DNA of 64,000 bases, taken from a bacterium. Its GTDB lineage: Bacteria; UBA8248; JACPRG01; G963555815. The stretch is from positions 2,656,001-2,720,000 of the forward strand of contig OZ244653.1 of the NCBI GenBank assembly GCA_965218795.1, in the 5' to 3' direction. Shown piece after piece: positions 30,315 to 39,865 of this stretch (position 1 is the first letter of the stretch; every line of letters starts with the position of its first letter). The position numbers and the translations under genes are program-made. A model generated the notes under the pieces. It worked only from the letters and a program-made list of their open reading frames with translations. It searched no databases and had not been told where the DNA came from.

Positions 30315-33300
30315 ACGAATTACGCAATCGGCCGATCCGCAAGTTCAATCCGGGGACATTCCAGTCCGACGATGAGGTGACCAAGCAGTTTGTGGTCCGG
30401 AACCGCGAGCTCGAGATCGTGCTTGAGGTCCTCCGCGGGAACATGGATTCGCCTTCGTGCCAGCACGTCCTGGTTGTCGCCCCTCGCGGCCGAGGGAAAA
30501 CCATGCTGCTGGCCCGCACCGCCGCGGAACTGCGCACTGACAACGAACTCTCCGGGCACCTGTTGCCGGTCCGGTTCATGGAAGAGAACCAGGAGATCTT
30601 CGATCTGGCCGACTTCTGGCTGGAGACGCTCTTCCACCTCGCCAGGGATAGCGCCGCGCATGATCCGGAGTTCGCGCGGGAGCTGCGGGAGACGCATGCC
30701 GCCCTGGCCGTCCGCTGGCGCGAGCAGGCCCTCGGAGAGCACGCCCGGACCGTGGTCCTGGAAGCGGCGGACCGGCTCGGCAAGAAGCTCGTGCTCATGG
30801 TCGAAAACCTTCAGGCCCTTTGTGAGAACGTGGATGAGGATTTCGGCTGGAATCTTCGCAGGGTGCTCCAGTCGGAACCCCAGATCATGCTGCTCGCCTC
30901 CGCTACCAGTCGTTTCGCGGGGCTGGACGATGCGAAGCAGCCGTTTTTCGAGCTGTTTCGAACTGTCGATCTGCAACCCCTGGCTACCGAAGAGTGCCGT
31001 CGCCTGTGGCGGGTCGTCAGCGGCGACGCGGTGAGCGGGCGCGAGATCAGACCGCTTCAGATCCTGACCGGCGGCAGCCCCCGCCTCCTGGTCATCGTCG
31101 CCGGGTTCGCGCGGCACCGGTCCCTGCGCCGGTTGATGGAAGAGCTGGTCACGCTGATCGACGAGCACACCGAGTATTTCCGTGGTCATCTGGAGGTCCT
31201 GCCCAAGAGCGAACGCCGAGTCTATCTCGCGGTGATCGACCTCTGGCAACCGTCGAGCACCAGCGAGATCGCGGCGCGGGCCCGCATGGGCGTTCGAACC
31301 GTCTCGACCATGATCGGACGACTGATCGACCGGGGGGCGGTGATCCTGGACCCGGCAAACAGTGGTAAGAGGCGGTTGTATGCCGCCACGGAACCTCTCT
31401 ACAGCATCTATTACAAGCTGCGGCGTGAACGCAACGAGGCGGCGGTGGTGCGAAACCTGATCCACTTTATGGCGGTGTTCTACAGCGAAGGCGAACTGGC
31501 CGGGATGTACGGCCAGATGATCGTGGAGGCGGCGGGATCGCCGGCCATTCGCGAGGGAATCGAGCGGGCACTGGTCGAACTACCACAAATCGGCAGCGCC
31601 TTGTTCGGCGCGGTATGGCAGGGCATCGGACAAATACCCAACCAGTCCGAAGCGGTCGACAAGAGAAGGGCCGAGCACTTCACCGAAACGATCACGAAGG
31701 CGTTCGACGAAAGAGATTTTGAGAGGGTCATCGAGATTGTGGACAAGGCTTCCACCTTCCCGAGCACAGAGTGGTCTGGAGTTCCGGAGTCGCTCATTGC
31801 TTGGGGGGGTACTCGGAAAGCGTTTGCTCTTGACGAATTGGGCGACACCAAAGCGGCAATTGCGACCTATGACGAGGTCATTGAACGCTTCGACGCCAGC
31901 GAGTCGCAACAGTGTCAGCTTCAGGTCGTGATCTCGGTGGTGTGTAAACGAGTGGTGCAAGAGGAAATCACTGAATCCCAAGCCGACATGATGATTTATG
32001 ACGAGATGATTGAGCGTCTAGGGGCCAATAGCGTTCCAAAGGACTTGCAAGTGAAGGTGGCCCAGGCATTGTTCAACGAGGCAGCTACGCGAAACCAACT
32101 CGGCGATACTGAGACGGCAATTGTGACCTACGACGAGGTGATCGGGCGTTTTGGCGCCAGCGAAGTGCAAGAGCTTGAGGTGCTGGTCGCCAGGGCATTG
32201 GTCGACAAGGGAATTACCCGCGAACAGCTTGGCGAATCCGGGGCAGCGATTGAGGGCTATGACGAGGTACTGGAACGCTTTGGCACCGACCGTGCGCCGG
32301 AACTTCAGGTGGAAGTCGCGCGGGCCTTGTTCAATAAGGGAGTTGCGCAAGGGCAGCTTGGCAATCCCGAGACGGCGATTGCGATCTACGACGAGGTGAT
32401 CGAGCGCTTTGGCACCGACCGTGCGCCGGAACTCCAGGTGGAAGTCGCGCGGGCCTTGTTCAATAAGGGAGTTGCGCAAAGGCAGCTTGGCAATCCCGAG
32501 ACGGCGATAGTGGCCTTCGATGAGGTGGTTGGGCGCTTTGGAGCCAGCGAAGAGCTAGCGCTCCAGATGCCAGTCGCCAGAGCGCTGTGCAACAAGGGAA
32601 CTACGCTAGAACAGCTCGGCAACTCCGAGGCGGCGATAGTGGCCTACGACGAGGCGGTCGGACGCTTTGGCAGCAGCGAAGCGCCAGAGCTCTGGGTGGA
32701 GGTTGCCCGTGTGCTGTTCAACAAGGGATATGCACAAGCGCAGCGCGGCGATTCCGAGGCGGCGATTACGGCCTATGACGCGGCGATCGAGCGTTTTGGA
32801 TCCAACGACACGCCAGACCTCCAGCTACCGGTTGCTATGGCGCTGTTCGGCAAGGGTGTGACACAAACCGAACTCGGTCTTGAGAAAGAAGCGTTGCGCA
32901 CATGCGAAGAACTTGAACGAAGGCTCGGCGCCATGACCGGCAATGCCAAGGTGGAGTTTGCGTGGCGAGCAATGTACGTGCGCGCAGTGGCACTGATGGC
33001 CCAGAAACAACATCGGGCCGCCATGGACGCGCTCCGCGCCGCGTATTCGGCGTTCCTACCCGGCAACGAGGTGACCATGCACGAGATGCTACGGCTTGTG
33101 CCGGAATTGATCGCAACCTGCGCACCGGAGCAGAAGATTATCGAGATCCTGTCGAGCGACAGCAAGAAATCCGACATGCTGGCACCGCTGATCGTCGCTC
33201 TGCGCCAGCGCGGTGGCGAGACGGTTCGGGCTCCTGCGGAAGTGCTTGAGGTGGCTGCGGATATCCGGAAACGTATCGAGGAAAAAGCGGCGAAGGGTGT

Positions 33301-33316
33301 TTCCACGGCTTCTTGA
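30311..33316 (+). CDS. STAND-like ATPase-wHTH-TPR protein
   Basis: APRGRGKTM, LVLMVEN, TGGSPR, MarR-like HTH (STSEIAARARMGVRTVSTMIGRLIDRGAV), about nine 43-aa TPR-like repeats; ATGA overlap with upstream gene. Confidence 0.85.
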   Translation: MNELRNRPIRKFNPGTFQSDDEVTKQFVVRNRELEIVLEVLRGNMDSPSCQHVLVVAPRGRGKTMLLARTAAELRTDNELSGHLLPVRFMEENQEIFDLADFWLETLFHLARDSAAHDPEFARELRETHAALAVRWREQALGEHARTVVLEAADRLGKKLVLMVENLQALCENVDEDFGWNLRRVLQSEPQIMLLASATSRFAGLDDAKQPFFELFRTVDLQPLATEECRRLWRVVSGDAVSGREIRPLQILTGGSPRLLVIVAGFARHRSLRRLMEELVTLIDEHTEYFRGHLEVLPKSERRVYLAVIDLWQPSSTSEIAARARMGVRTVSTMIGRLIDRGAVILDPANSGKRRLYAATEPLYSIYYKLRRERNEAAVVRNLIHFMAVFYSEGELAGMYGQMIVEAAGSPAIREGIERALVELPQIGSALFGAVWQGIGQIPNQSEAVDKRRAEHFTETITKAFDERDFERVIEIVDKASTFPSTEWSGVPESLIAWGGTRKAFALDELGDTKAAIATYDEVIERFDASESQQCQLQVVISVVCKRVVQEEITESQADMMIYDEMIERLGANSVPKDLQVKVAQALFNEAATRNQLGDTETAIVTYDEVIGRFGASEVQELEVLVARALVDKGITREQLGESGAAIEGYDEVLERFGTDRAPELQVEVARALFNKGVAQGQLGNPETAIAIYDEVIERFGTDRAPELQVEVARALFNKGVAQRQLGNPETAIVAFDEVVGRFGASEELALQMPVARALCNKGTTLEQLGNSEAAIVAYDEAVGRFGSSEAPELWVEVARVLFNKGYAQAQRGDSEAAITAYDAAIERFGSNDTPDLQLPVAMALFGKGVTQTELGLEKEALRTCEELERRLGAMTGNAKVEFAWRAMYVRAVALMAQKQHRAAMDALRAAYSAFLPGNEVTMHEMLRLVPELIATCAPEQKIIEILSSDSKKSDMLAPLIVALRQRGGETVRAPAEVLEVAADIRKRIEEKAAKGVSTAS
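32276..32509 (+). repeat. Near-identical 129-bp tandem duplication within the TPR array
   Basis: CGCTTTGGCACCGACCGTGCGCCGGAACT... at 32276 and 32405. Confidence 0.9.
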
Positions 33317-34140
33317 TCGCCACGGAAGACCTTGAGTTGACCCGCTTTGGGTGGACACTTAGATTCATCGAGCCGTTTTCATCGGCCGTGGAATCCTACT
33401 ATCATATTGATATTATTGGGAAATATACATTATTCCCAATCTCATTCGGAACCTGTCTTCTAGGGATTTTCTTTTCCAGCACAAAACCCTGTTTATGTCC
33501 AGGTACCGTATAGGCACCGTTTTATTTCCGAGCCGTGCGCATCCCTGCGCACGCCGGAACGAGCCTTCGTCGCGAGTGACGGTTTGGTCGGCGATCGGAA
33601 ATCGCGTGAGCAAGGCCCGCATCCAGCACAACTGTCAAGCGACACCTACCGCCGGTTCCTGTTCTGATTGCGGTTCATGCCTCGGCAGGCGGAATCGCCT
33701 CGACTTGACCCATGAATCGAATTTGCCGATCAAGCCACTCACCCTGGCCGCTTCTCGCGATCTCGGATAGCCGCAAGCACCTCGTCGACGTCAATGCCCC
33801 GCAAAAGACTACGTCCTTCCTCGAACGCAGGGTCAATCGCCCGCCGCATCAAAATCCTCCCATCGACCTCTCTGCCCTCCACCAAGAGACCTCCCAAACA
33901 GAGCCATCACCGTCGCCTGACGCACTCAAGTGTCTTTCCACTTCAGGCGGCGGCACACGGAGATCCTCGTTTCCTGCCCTTACCGCTCGCCGCGCTGCCT
34001 TCCGAAAAGACCCCACCTCCACGACATGCTCCCTGACCCTCCAGGTCTCCACATCCTGCTTCGTGACGACCTTTGCGATGTCCTCCATAGTTGCCGACTT
34101 GTAAGGTACTCGTGAGACGCAGAGCTGTAGCAGGGGTACC

Positions 34141-34173
34141 ACTTCCGCTGGTACAAAAAAGCCGTGCAGGCCA
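34141..34173. mobile_element. Orphan IS3/IS407-like terminal inverted repeat
   Basis: ACTTCCGCTGGTACAAAAAAGCCGTGCAGGCCA resembles the IS end ACTTCTGCTGGTACAAAAAACGCCGGTCAGGTCA at 57899-57932. Confidence 0.55.
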
Positions 34174-34412
34174 ATCGGCGAACACCTCGCGGTAAATAGT
34201 TCCGATTCGCGCTGCCTCGTCATCGGTCAGCGCGGCGAATTCCTTTTCCCGGCCTCGGCAGGTTAGTTTACCGCCATTGCGGTGCAGGAACCGGAACAGA
34301 AGGTCGGACAACCTCTCCGGCATGTCGACCACCAGGTTCAGCTCCCTGCGAAACGCATCGTAGCGCTTCAGGAAGGAGACTTCTCCCGGCAGGTCGTGCT
34401 CGACGGTCCGTT
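34174..34412 (-). pseudogene. C-terminal fragment of a Fic-family protein
   Basis: RTVEHDLPGEVSFLKRYDAFRR..VVDMPERLSDLLFRFLHRNGGKL..REKEFAALTDDE. Confidence 0.65.
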
Positions 34413-34517
34413 CTCATTATCATGAGCGCCTCGTGCATACCGGGACAAACTCCTCGGAATCCCTTGTTGGACCTCAGAGTGACCAGCGCCCGATCCAGAA
34501 CGTCCCGCGTAAAAATA

Positions 34518-34575
34518 TGTCAGTTCTTAAGTTTATGTATTGACAATGTCAGCATATAGAGATATTATACTGACA
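34518..34575 (+). promoter_or_regulatory. Consensus-like sigma70 promoter overlapped by two TGTCA-N18/19-TGACA inverted repeats
   Basis: TTGACA(34540-34545)-N17-TATTAT(34563-34568); IRs at 34518-34545 and 34547-34575; AGGAGG RBS before ATG 34588. Confidence 0.7.
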
Positions 34576-34587
34576 CAGGAGGTTGCG

Positions 34588-35163
34588 ATGACGGATGGAC
34601 CGTTCAGAAACGCTACGCTGAGCAGCCGATGGAAGCAGTACGGCAAAGATCTCGTGAGCGACGCTGCAAGCTCGGAAGAGCGCGCCGCCCAGGCGTGCCA
34701 CAGCATGCTCGGCGACGTAGACATGAAAGCGTTTGGTTCGCTCTTGAACGTACTCAAAGCGCATGCTCAGAGGCCCCAGATGGATATGGACCCGATTTCC
34801 TCAGTCGAGGCCATTTTCGACGGCCACGCGAGACCGATTCTAACTGAAACCCTCCAGAAGCACCTAATCGCCAACCTCCGAGATCGGGTTCCTGGCGAGA
34901 AAGCACTGGATCAGGCGCTATCGAGAACTGTTACGGACTGGATCGACATCACCAAGAACCGACTCGATGAGCAGTGCATCCGCGCTCGTGACCTCGGCGA
35001 AATGAGCGATGAGAACTGTCGCAAAGGAATCGAGCGCAACCACGAAGCCTTTGACGCCATAAGACCAAATGAACTCTGCGACACCCTGGTCTCCGGCAAC
35101 GGGCGCGCCTTCAAGCAAGTCACTAGAATGAAAGTGGGCGTGGATGAGGGCCCCGACGAATGA
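34588..35163 (+). CDS. Hypothetical helical protein, first gene of the QueC-like operon
   Basis: Strong RBS, starts MTDGPFRN; stop overlaps next ATG (ATGA). Confidence 0.75.
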   Translation: MTDGPFRNATLSSRWKQYGKDLVSDAASSEERAAQACHSMLGDVDMKAFGSLLNVLKAHAQRPQMDMDPISSVEAIFDGHARPILTETLQKHLIANLRDRVPGEKALDQALSRTVTDWIDITKNRLDEQCIRARDLGEMSDENCRKGIERNHEAFDAIRPNELCDTLVSGNGRAFKQVTRMKVGVDEGPDE

Positions 35164-36548
35164 GCACCGAGCTGAATGGTTCACAAACGAAAGCCAAGCG
35201 TCTGCACGTCATTGAGAAAGGCCAAATGCCCGACTGTACCTGCCCGAAAGATGCGGTGACGGCTATGGTTAGCCGAGAAATCACCTTCAACGCGACTGTT
35301 CTTGATACCTTCGATGTAAAGGGTTTTCAGCCCGTGCACTACGACCTGTTGGTGTTGTGCGCGGCCATGGAGTTTGCCGACCGCCGCTGGAAGCGCCCAC
35401 GGGGCTGGAATCGCAACCTGCACGTTACGGTTCCGGTCATTGACCTTGAGACCTGGCAAAATCGCGAAGTGCTGGAGAGCTTCCATAACGTGCAACGTCA
35501 CCTTACGTGTGATGATTGGAAATGGACTTTCGTGCAGGCGAAAAACCCATCTCCGATTGGCGAGCGCCAAGGCGCTCTAAACTTCCCGAACACTAAGACC
35601 TTCGCTATCGCCTATAGTGATGGATTGGACTCGCGTGCAGTCGCTGCTTTGAGTGGGGATAGGGATGAAGCCCTTTGCATCCGGCTCACAAAATTTCGCC
35701 AACGTCGGAAGACCGGCGACAGTTACTTTTCTCAGATCCCATTCAAAGTTCATGGACACCCGAGCAACGAGAGTAGTTTCCGGTCTCGTGGGTTTCAGTT
35801 TGCGGCAGTGACGGCGATTGCCGCTCACTTGTCGAATGTAACCCGGATCACGGTTCCGGAGAGCGGTCAGAGCGCTCTAGGCCCAGTGCTGCTGCCTCTT
35901 CACAATATCTACCCTGATTACCGCAACTACCCGACGTTCTTCCGGAAGATGGAGCGGTTCATCAAGGCGCTGTTGCGCCATCAGGTCCACTACGAACAAC
36001 CACGCCTATGGTACACGAAAGGCCAGACGATACAGGCATTTCTGGACCTTCCCGGTAAGCGCGAACACGACCTCACCAGCACGCGATCCTGCTGGCAAAA
36101 CCGCCGAATCGTGAACAGCGGGGGCAGCAAGAAGCATTGCGGCCTATGTGCAGCCTGCCTGCTCAGACGCCAGAGTCTGCACGCAGCCGCCGTCACTGAG
36201 ATGCCAGCCACCTACGTGGTTTCAGATCTGAGTACTTCGGATGTGACCAAGGCCTTATCCATCATCCCGCAGACTGCCGACCGGGACATTATGGTCGAGT
36301 ATGGCAGCGTCGGTGCGCGGCATTTGCAACATCTCGCCGATATGGCAATTCTACCAGATGACGATCTCCGTGGGCATGTATGGGAAATCGCGGCAGCAAC
36401 CGGTGCGACCTTTCAAGAAACCCTGAAGAACCTGAGAACTCTACTGGCGAAGCATGCGGAAGAATGGCGGGCATTTTTATCTGCCCAAGGAGAACAAAGC
36501 TTCTTGAAGAGCTGGATGGATGGAGGACGTTATGGCCGATCTGAATGA
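35160..36548 (+). CDS. QueC-like (7-cyano-7-deazaguanine synthase superfamily) PP-loop enzyme, QatC-like architecture
   Basis: DLLVLCAAMEFADR..R..W.R.L.V.VPV N-terminal domain, PP-loop AYSDGLDS, RSRGF, VPESG, TKGQ, TRSCW..HCGLCAACLLRR Zn site. Confidence 0.85.
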   Translation: MSTELNGSQTKAKRLHVIEKGQMPDCTCPKDAVTAMVSREITFNATVLDTFDVKGFQPVHYDLLVLCAAMEFADRRWKRPRGWNRNLHVTVPVIDLETWQNREVLESFHNVQRHLTCDDWKWTFVQAKNPSPIGERQGALNFPNTKTFAIAYSDGLDSRAVAALSGDRDEALCIRLTKFRQRRKTGDSYFSQIPFKVHGHPSNESSFRSRGFQFAAVTAIAAHLSNVTRITVPESGQSALGPVLLPLHNIYPDYRNYPTFFRKMERFIKALLRHQVHYEQPRLWYTKGQTIQAFLDLPGKREHDLTSTRSCWQNRRIVNSGGSKKHCGLCAACLLRRQSLHAAAVTEMPATYVVSDLSTSDVTKALSIIPQTADRDIMVEYGSVGARHLQHLADMAILPDDDLRGHVWEIAAATGATFQETLKNLRTLLAKHAEEWRAFLSAQGEQSFLKSWMDGGRYGRSE

Positions 36549-37722
36549 GTTGAGTGCACAGGAAATCGGCCGACGCCTTCGGCTGGCGCGCGAGAACGCG
36601 GGCATACGACAGGATGATGCAGCCCAGTTCATTGACATGTCACGCCCGACCCTGGTCTCGATTGAGAAAGGGGCGCGCAGTGTACGTATTCAGGAGCTCC
36701 AAGTGCTGGCCCGCCACTACGGCGTATCGGTGAACGCCCTCCTCCGCCGCGAGGCCGTTCATACGGATCTCGTGCCCCGCTTCCGGAGACTGCGGGAAAC
36801 GGAGGACAAGCATAAGGCTGAAGCCATTCAGCTTTTCAATGACCTGATCAAGGCGGACGTCGAGTTGGAAAATATGCTCGGCATCGAGCGGCGCCGGAAC
36901 TATCCGCCGGACCGCGGCATCAATGAGGGCAACGTTCTGACTTTGGCCGAGAATCATGCCCAAGAGTTGCGCGACTGGCTGGGTCTCGGTCCAGGACCGA
37001 TTGCCGACATATTCTCGATCATAGAGCTGGGTCTCGGCATTCGTCTTTATCAGCGCCGCCTATCATCCAAATCCAGAGTGGCGGGTTTGTTCACTTACGA
37101 TGATACCGTTGGCACCTGCATTCTTCTTAACGCCAACCATCCGCTGCCTCGGCGTATCCAGTCGGCCGCGCACGAACTCGGCCACTTCTACGGGACCCGC
37201 AACACTCCGGAGATACTTGAAGAGGACGAGAGATTTTTGTCTCGCGACGAGCGCTACGCCAACGCCTTTGGTCGCGCATTGTTGACACCCGCCGAGAGCT
37301 TCAAAGAAAGCTTCCGGCAATTGAAAGAGATCACTGGCAAGACCACCCGACGGCTGATCATTTTACTTTCCCAGCAATACAATATCTCCCGCCAGGCATG
37401 CGGACTACGTCTGGAGGAGCTTGGCATTACGAAAAAGGGGACGTGGGATTGGTTTGAGAAGAACGGCAGCATTACGGAGGATCACGTGCGGGAGGTGCTT
37501 GGCGAGATGGCCAATCGACCTGACCCTGCCAAGACCGACGCCGACCGTCCGATTTCCCACCGGATGAGCCTGATGGTCCATGCCGCCTGGAAACGTGACC
37601 TCATGTCGGAAGGCCAACTGACGGAACTGCTCAAGGTTGGTCGCGTCGAACTTCGGAATATCATCGACCAGATCGAGCTTGAGGATAGCGAGACGGATGA
37701 CCTACTCAAGCTCCCTGGCTGA
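36532..37722 (+). CDS. XRE-HTH fused to ImmA/IrrE (COG2856) Zn metallopeptidase
   Basis: IGRRLRLARENAGIRQDDAA..SRPTLVSIEKGAR; SAAHELGHF HExxH; ERYANAFGRALLTP. Confidence 0.92.
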   Translation: MADLNELSAQEIGRRLRLARENAGIRQDDAAQFIDMSRPTLVSIEKGARSVRIQELQVLARHYGVSVNALLRREAVHTDLVPRFRRLRETEDKHKAEAIQLFNDLIKADVELENMLGIERRRNYPPDRGINEGNVLTLAENHAQELRDWLGLGPGPIADIFSIIELGLGIRLYQRRLSSKSRVAGLFTYDDTVGTCILLNANHPLPRRIQSAAHELGHFYGTRNTPEILEEDERFLSRDERYANAFGRALLTPAESFKESFRQLKEITGKTTRRLIILLSQQYNISRQACGLRLEELGITKKGTWDWFEKNGSITEDHVREVLGEMANRPDPAKTDADRPISHRMSLMVHAAWKRDLMSEGQLTELLKVGRVELRNIIDQIELEDSETDDLLKLPG

Positions 37723-38401
37723 TGACCTTAGACCGCTGGTTCTCGATACGAGTGTTCTGATCAACCTCTACGCCTGCAGCTACGGCGAGCGCATTCTAAC
37801 GGCCATTCCCAACGACATCATCGTTCCGCAGGTCGTAGCCGCGGAGCTCGAACACGAAACGAGTCGCAAGAAGGGCGAACACGGTTTTTTGCATGGCCTA
37901 ATAGCCGGAGGAAAGGTGACGCTCGGCGAAATGTCCGACGAGGAGAATGCACTCTTCGCCAATCTCACTTCCGGCCCCCAATCCCTCGACGATGGCGAAG
38001 CCGCGACGATTGCGATTGGGGCCAAACGACAGCTCCTTCCGCTCATAGACGATCGAAAGGGGCGAGCACAGGCCATTCAAGTCCTGCGTGGGCGAGAACC
38101 GGGCTGGTCCATCGACCTGTTTCGCCATGCCCCTGTAACTTCTGCCTTGGGGAACACTGCTGCTATCGAAGCTCTGTATCAGGCGCTTCTCAATGGGAGA
38201 ATGCGCGTCCCCGTCGAAAGCACCGAGTACATTATTGATCTCCTCGGCAGCGAGCGGGCAAGAGACTGTACCTGCCTCCCGGATTATCGGAAACTCTTCG
38301 GGCAATCCATGAACCGACATTCGGTAGAGAAACAAGAAGAACACCAGATAATTTATGGATCTAAATCAGGCACAGGCCGGGGGGAAGGTCGGTCTGTTTA
38401 G
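37697..38401 (+). CDS. PIN-domain protein (putative RNase toxin)
   Basis: LVLDTSVLINL, VAAEL, LDDGEAATIA, LIDDRKG; overlaps upstream gene. Confidence 0.85.
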   Translation: MTYSSSLADDLRPLVLDTSVLINLYACSYGERILTAIPNDIIVPQVVAAELEHETSRKKGEHGFLHGLIAGGKVTLGEMSDEENALFANLTSGPQSLDDGEAATIAIGAKRQLLPLIDDRKGRAQAIQVLRGREPGWSIDLFRHAPVTSALGNTAAIEALYQALLNGRMRVPVESTEYIIDLLGSERARDCTCLPDYRKLFGQSMNRHSVEKQEEHQIIYGSKSGTGRGEGRSV

Positions 38402-38629
38402 TCTAAGCAGCTATTCTTGGGTTGTCACACAGATGGCGATTGGCTTGCATTTGGTTGAGTTCATGGCCAGTGGTGTGATTATTTGCCCGTGTGTAAGGAG
38501 TCCAGCTAAGCTGCGGGAGAATACTCTACGCCGATACGAGCATAGAGTGAACCCGCTAAAGGGAGCCATACGACTGATGAACCCGACCCAGGAAATCAAC
38601 ATCGTTAAAGTCTTGCAACGGACACTTGA

Positions 38630-38965
38630 CGAGGTGCTCCGGCTTGCGGCGTGCAACAAAGCGGAAATCTTTGAAACCCTGATTGAGGCCGGAGCGAATG
38701 TGAAGGGCGTCCTATTCTCGCGACGAATCCGGCGGCCATTGAAGCCCTGAGCAACGCAGGGGACAAGGTGGACGCGACGGACCACGGCGGAAACACCCCC
38801 CTGCACTATGCGGCGAAGAATGGACGAACCTCCGCCACCATCGAAGCCCTGCTCAAGGCCGGGGCGGATGTGGACGCGAGACAAAACGGCGGAAAGACCC
38901 CGCTTCACTTCGCGCGAGATTCCAAAGTCAAAGAGATTCTGAAAGCGCACAGGGCGCGCGAATGA
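38630..38965 (+). pseudogene. Fragmented ankyrin-repeat gene
   Basis: LAACNKAEIFETLIEAGANV, then in another frame GNTPLHYAAKNG..LLKAGADVDA..GKTPLHFA. Confidence 0.7.
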
Positions 38966-39726
38966 CCGGAGGGCGGACCATGACCCGATGCTTAATGCTC
39001 ACGGCGGTGCTGCTCTTGAGTGCATGGCCCCTGCTGGCAGGGGCGGGCGAATTACACGAAGCGGCGAAAGCCGGCAACGTGGAACGCATCGAAGTCTTGC
39101 TCAAAGCCGGGGCGGACGTGAACGAGAGAGAGGATAGGTTCGGATATACCCCACTTCATTGGGCGGCGGCCAAGGGGCATATGGAAGCGGTCGAGATCTT
39201 GCTCAAGGCCGGGGCGAAGGTGAACGCAAGAAAGCGCAGGCAATGGAAAGCATCGACCACCAGACTTAAGATGAGGGCCATACTATTCGATGCGGTAAAC
39301 GACTATTCCACCCCCCTGCACCTTGCGGCGGGAGCCGGACACGCGGCCGCCATCAAGGTCCTGCTCCAAACCGGCGGACACCCCAACGTGAAGGACAGGA
39401 ACGGGGACACCCCACTTCACGACGCGGCGCGCATGGGACGCACGGCGGCCGTCAAAGTCCTGCTCCGGGGCGGTGCGAACATAGACGGGAGGGCCAAGAA
39501 CGGAGAAACCCCACTTCACAATGCAGTATTCAAATTCAATGTTAAGCCCGAAGACATCGAAGTCATCAAGACCCTGCTCAAAGGCGGAGCCGACCCTAAC
39601 GCGAAAGCAAAGAATGGGGACACTCCACTTCACAAAGTACGGGTAAGGACGAACTCAACCGAGGGAAGCATCAAGCCGTTCCTGGAAGTGATCGAGATAT
39701 TGAAGGCGCACGGAGCCCGCGAGTGA
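38962..39726 (+). CDS. Secreted ankyrin-repeat protein
   Basis: Signal peptide (LLAGA-GE); 5-6 TPLH.AA..G..LL.AGA.VN repeats. Confidence 0.92.
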   Translation: MTGGRTMTRCLMLTAVLLLSAWPLLAGAGELHEAAKAGNVERIEVLLKAGADVNEREDRFGYTPLHWAAAKGHMEAVEILLKAGAKVNARKRRQWKASTTRLKMRAILFDAVNDYSTPLHLAAGAGHAAAIKVLLQTGGHPNVKDRNGDTPLHDAARMGRTAAVKVLLRGGANIDGRAKNGETPLHNAVFKFNVKPEDIEVIKTLLKGGADPNAKAKNGDTPLHKVRVRTNSTEGSIKPFLEVIEILKAHGARE

Positions 39727-39865
39727 TGAGAGAACCGTGCCGCCCCTTCGATGAATGGATTGCGGCCCTCCCCGACCTTCGGCCAAAGGGACGGGAGCGC
39801 GTCAATCCCTGCCCGTTGTGCGGCGGCAATGATATAACTTTAATGTTATCAATAAGTTGCTGGCC

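Noticed and set aside
35160-36548. Housekeeping queC or a complete QatABCD / type IV CBASS system
   Set aside because: About twice the length of canonical QueC, no que genes nearby, and no TatD, KAP ATPase or CD-NTase in the operon.
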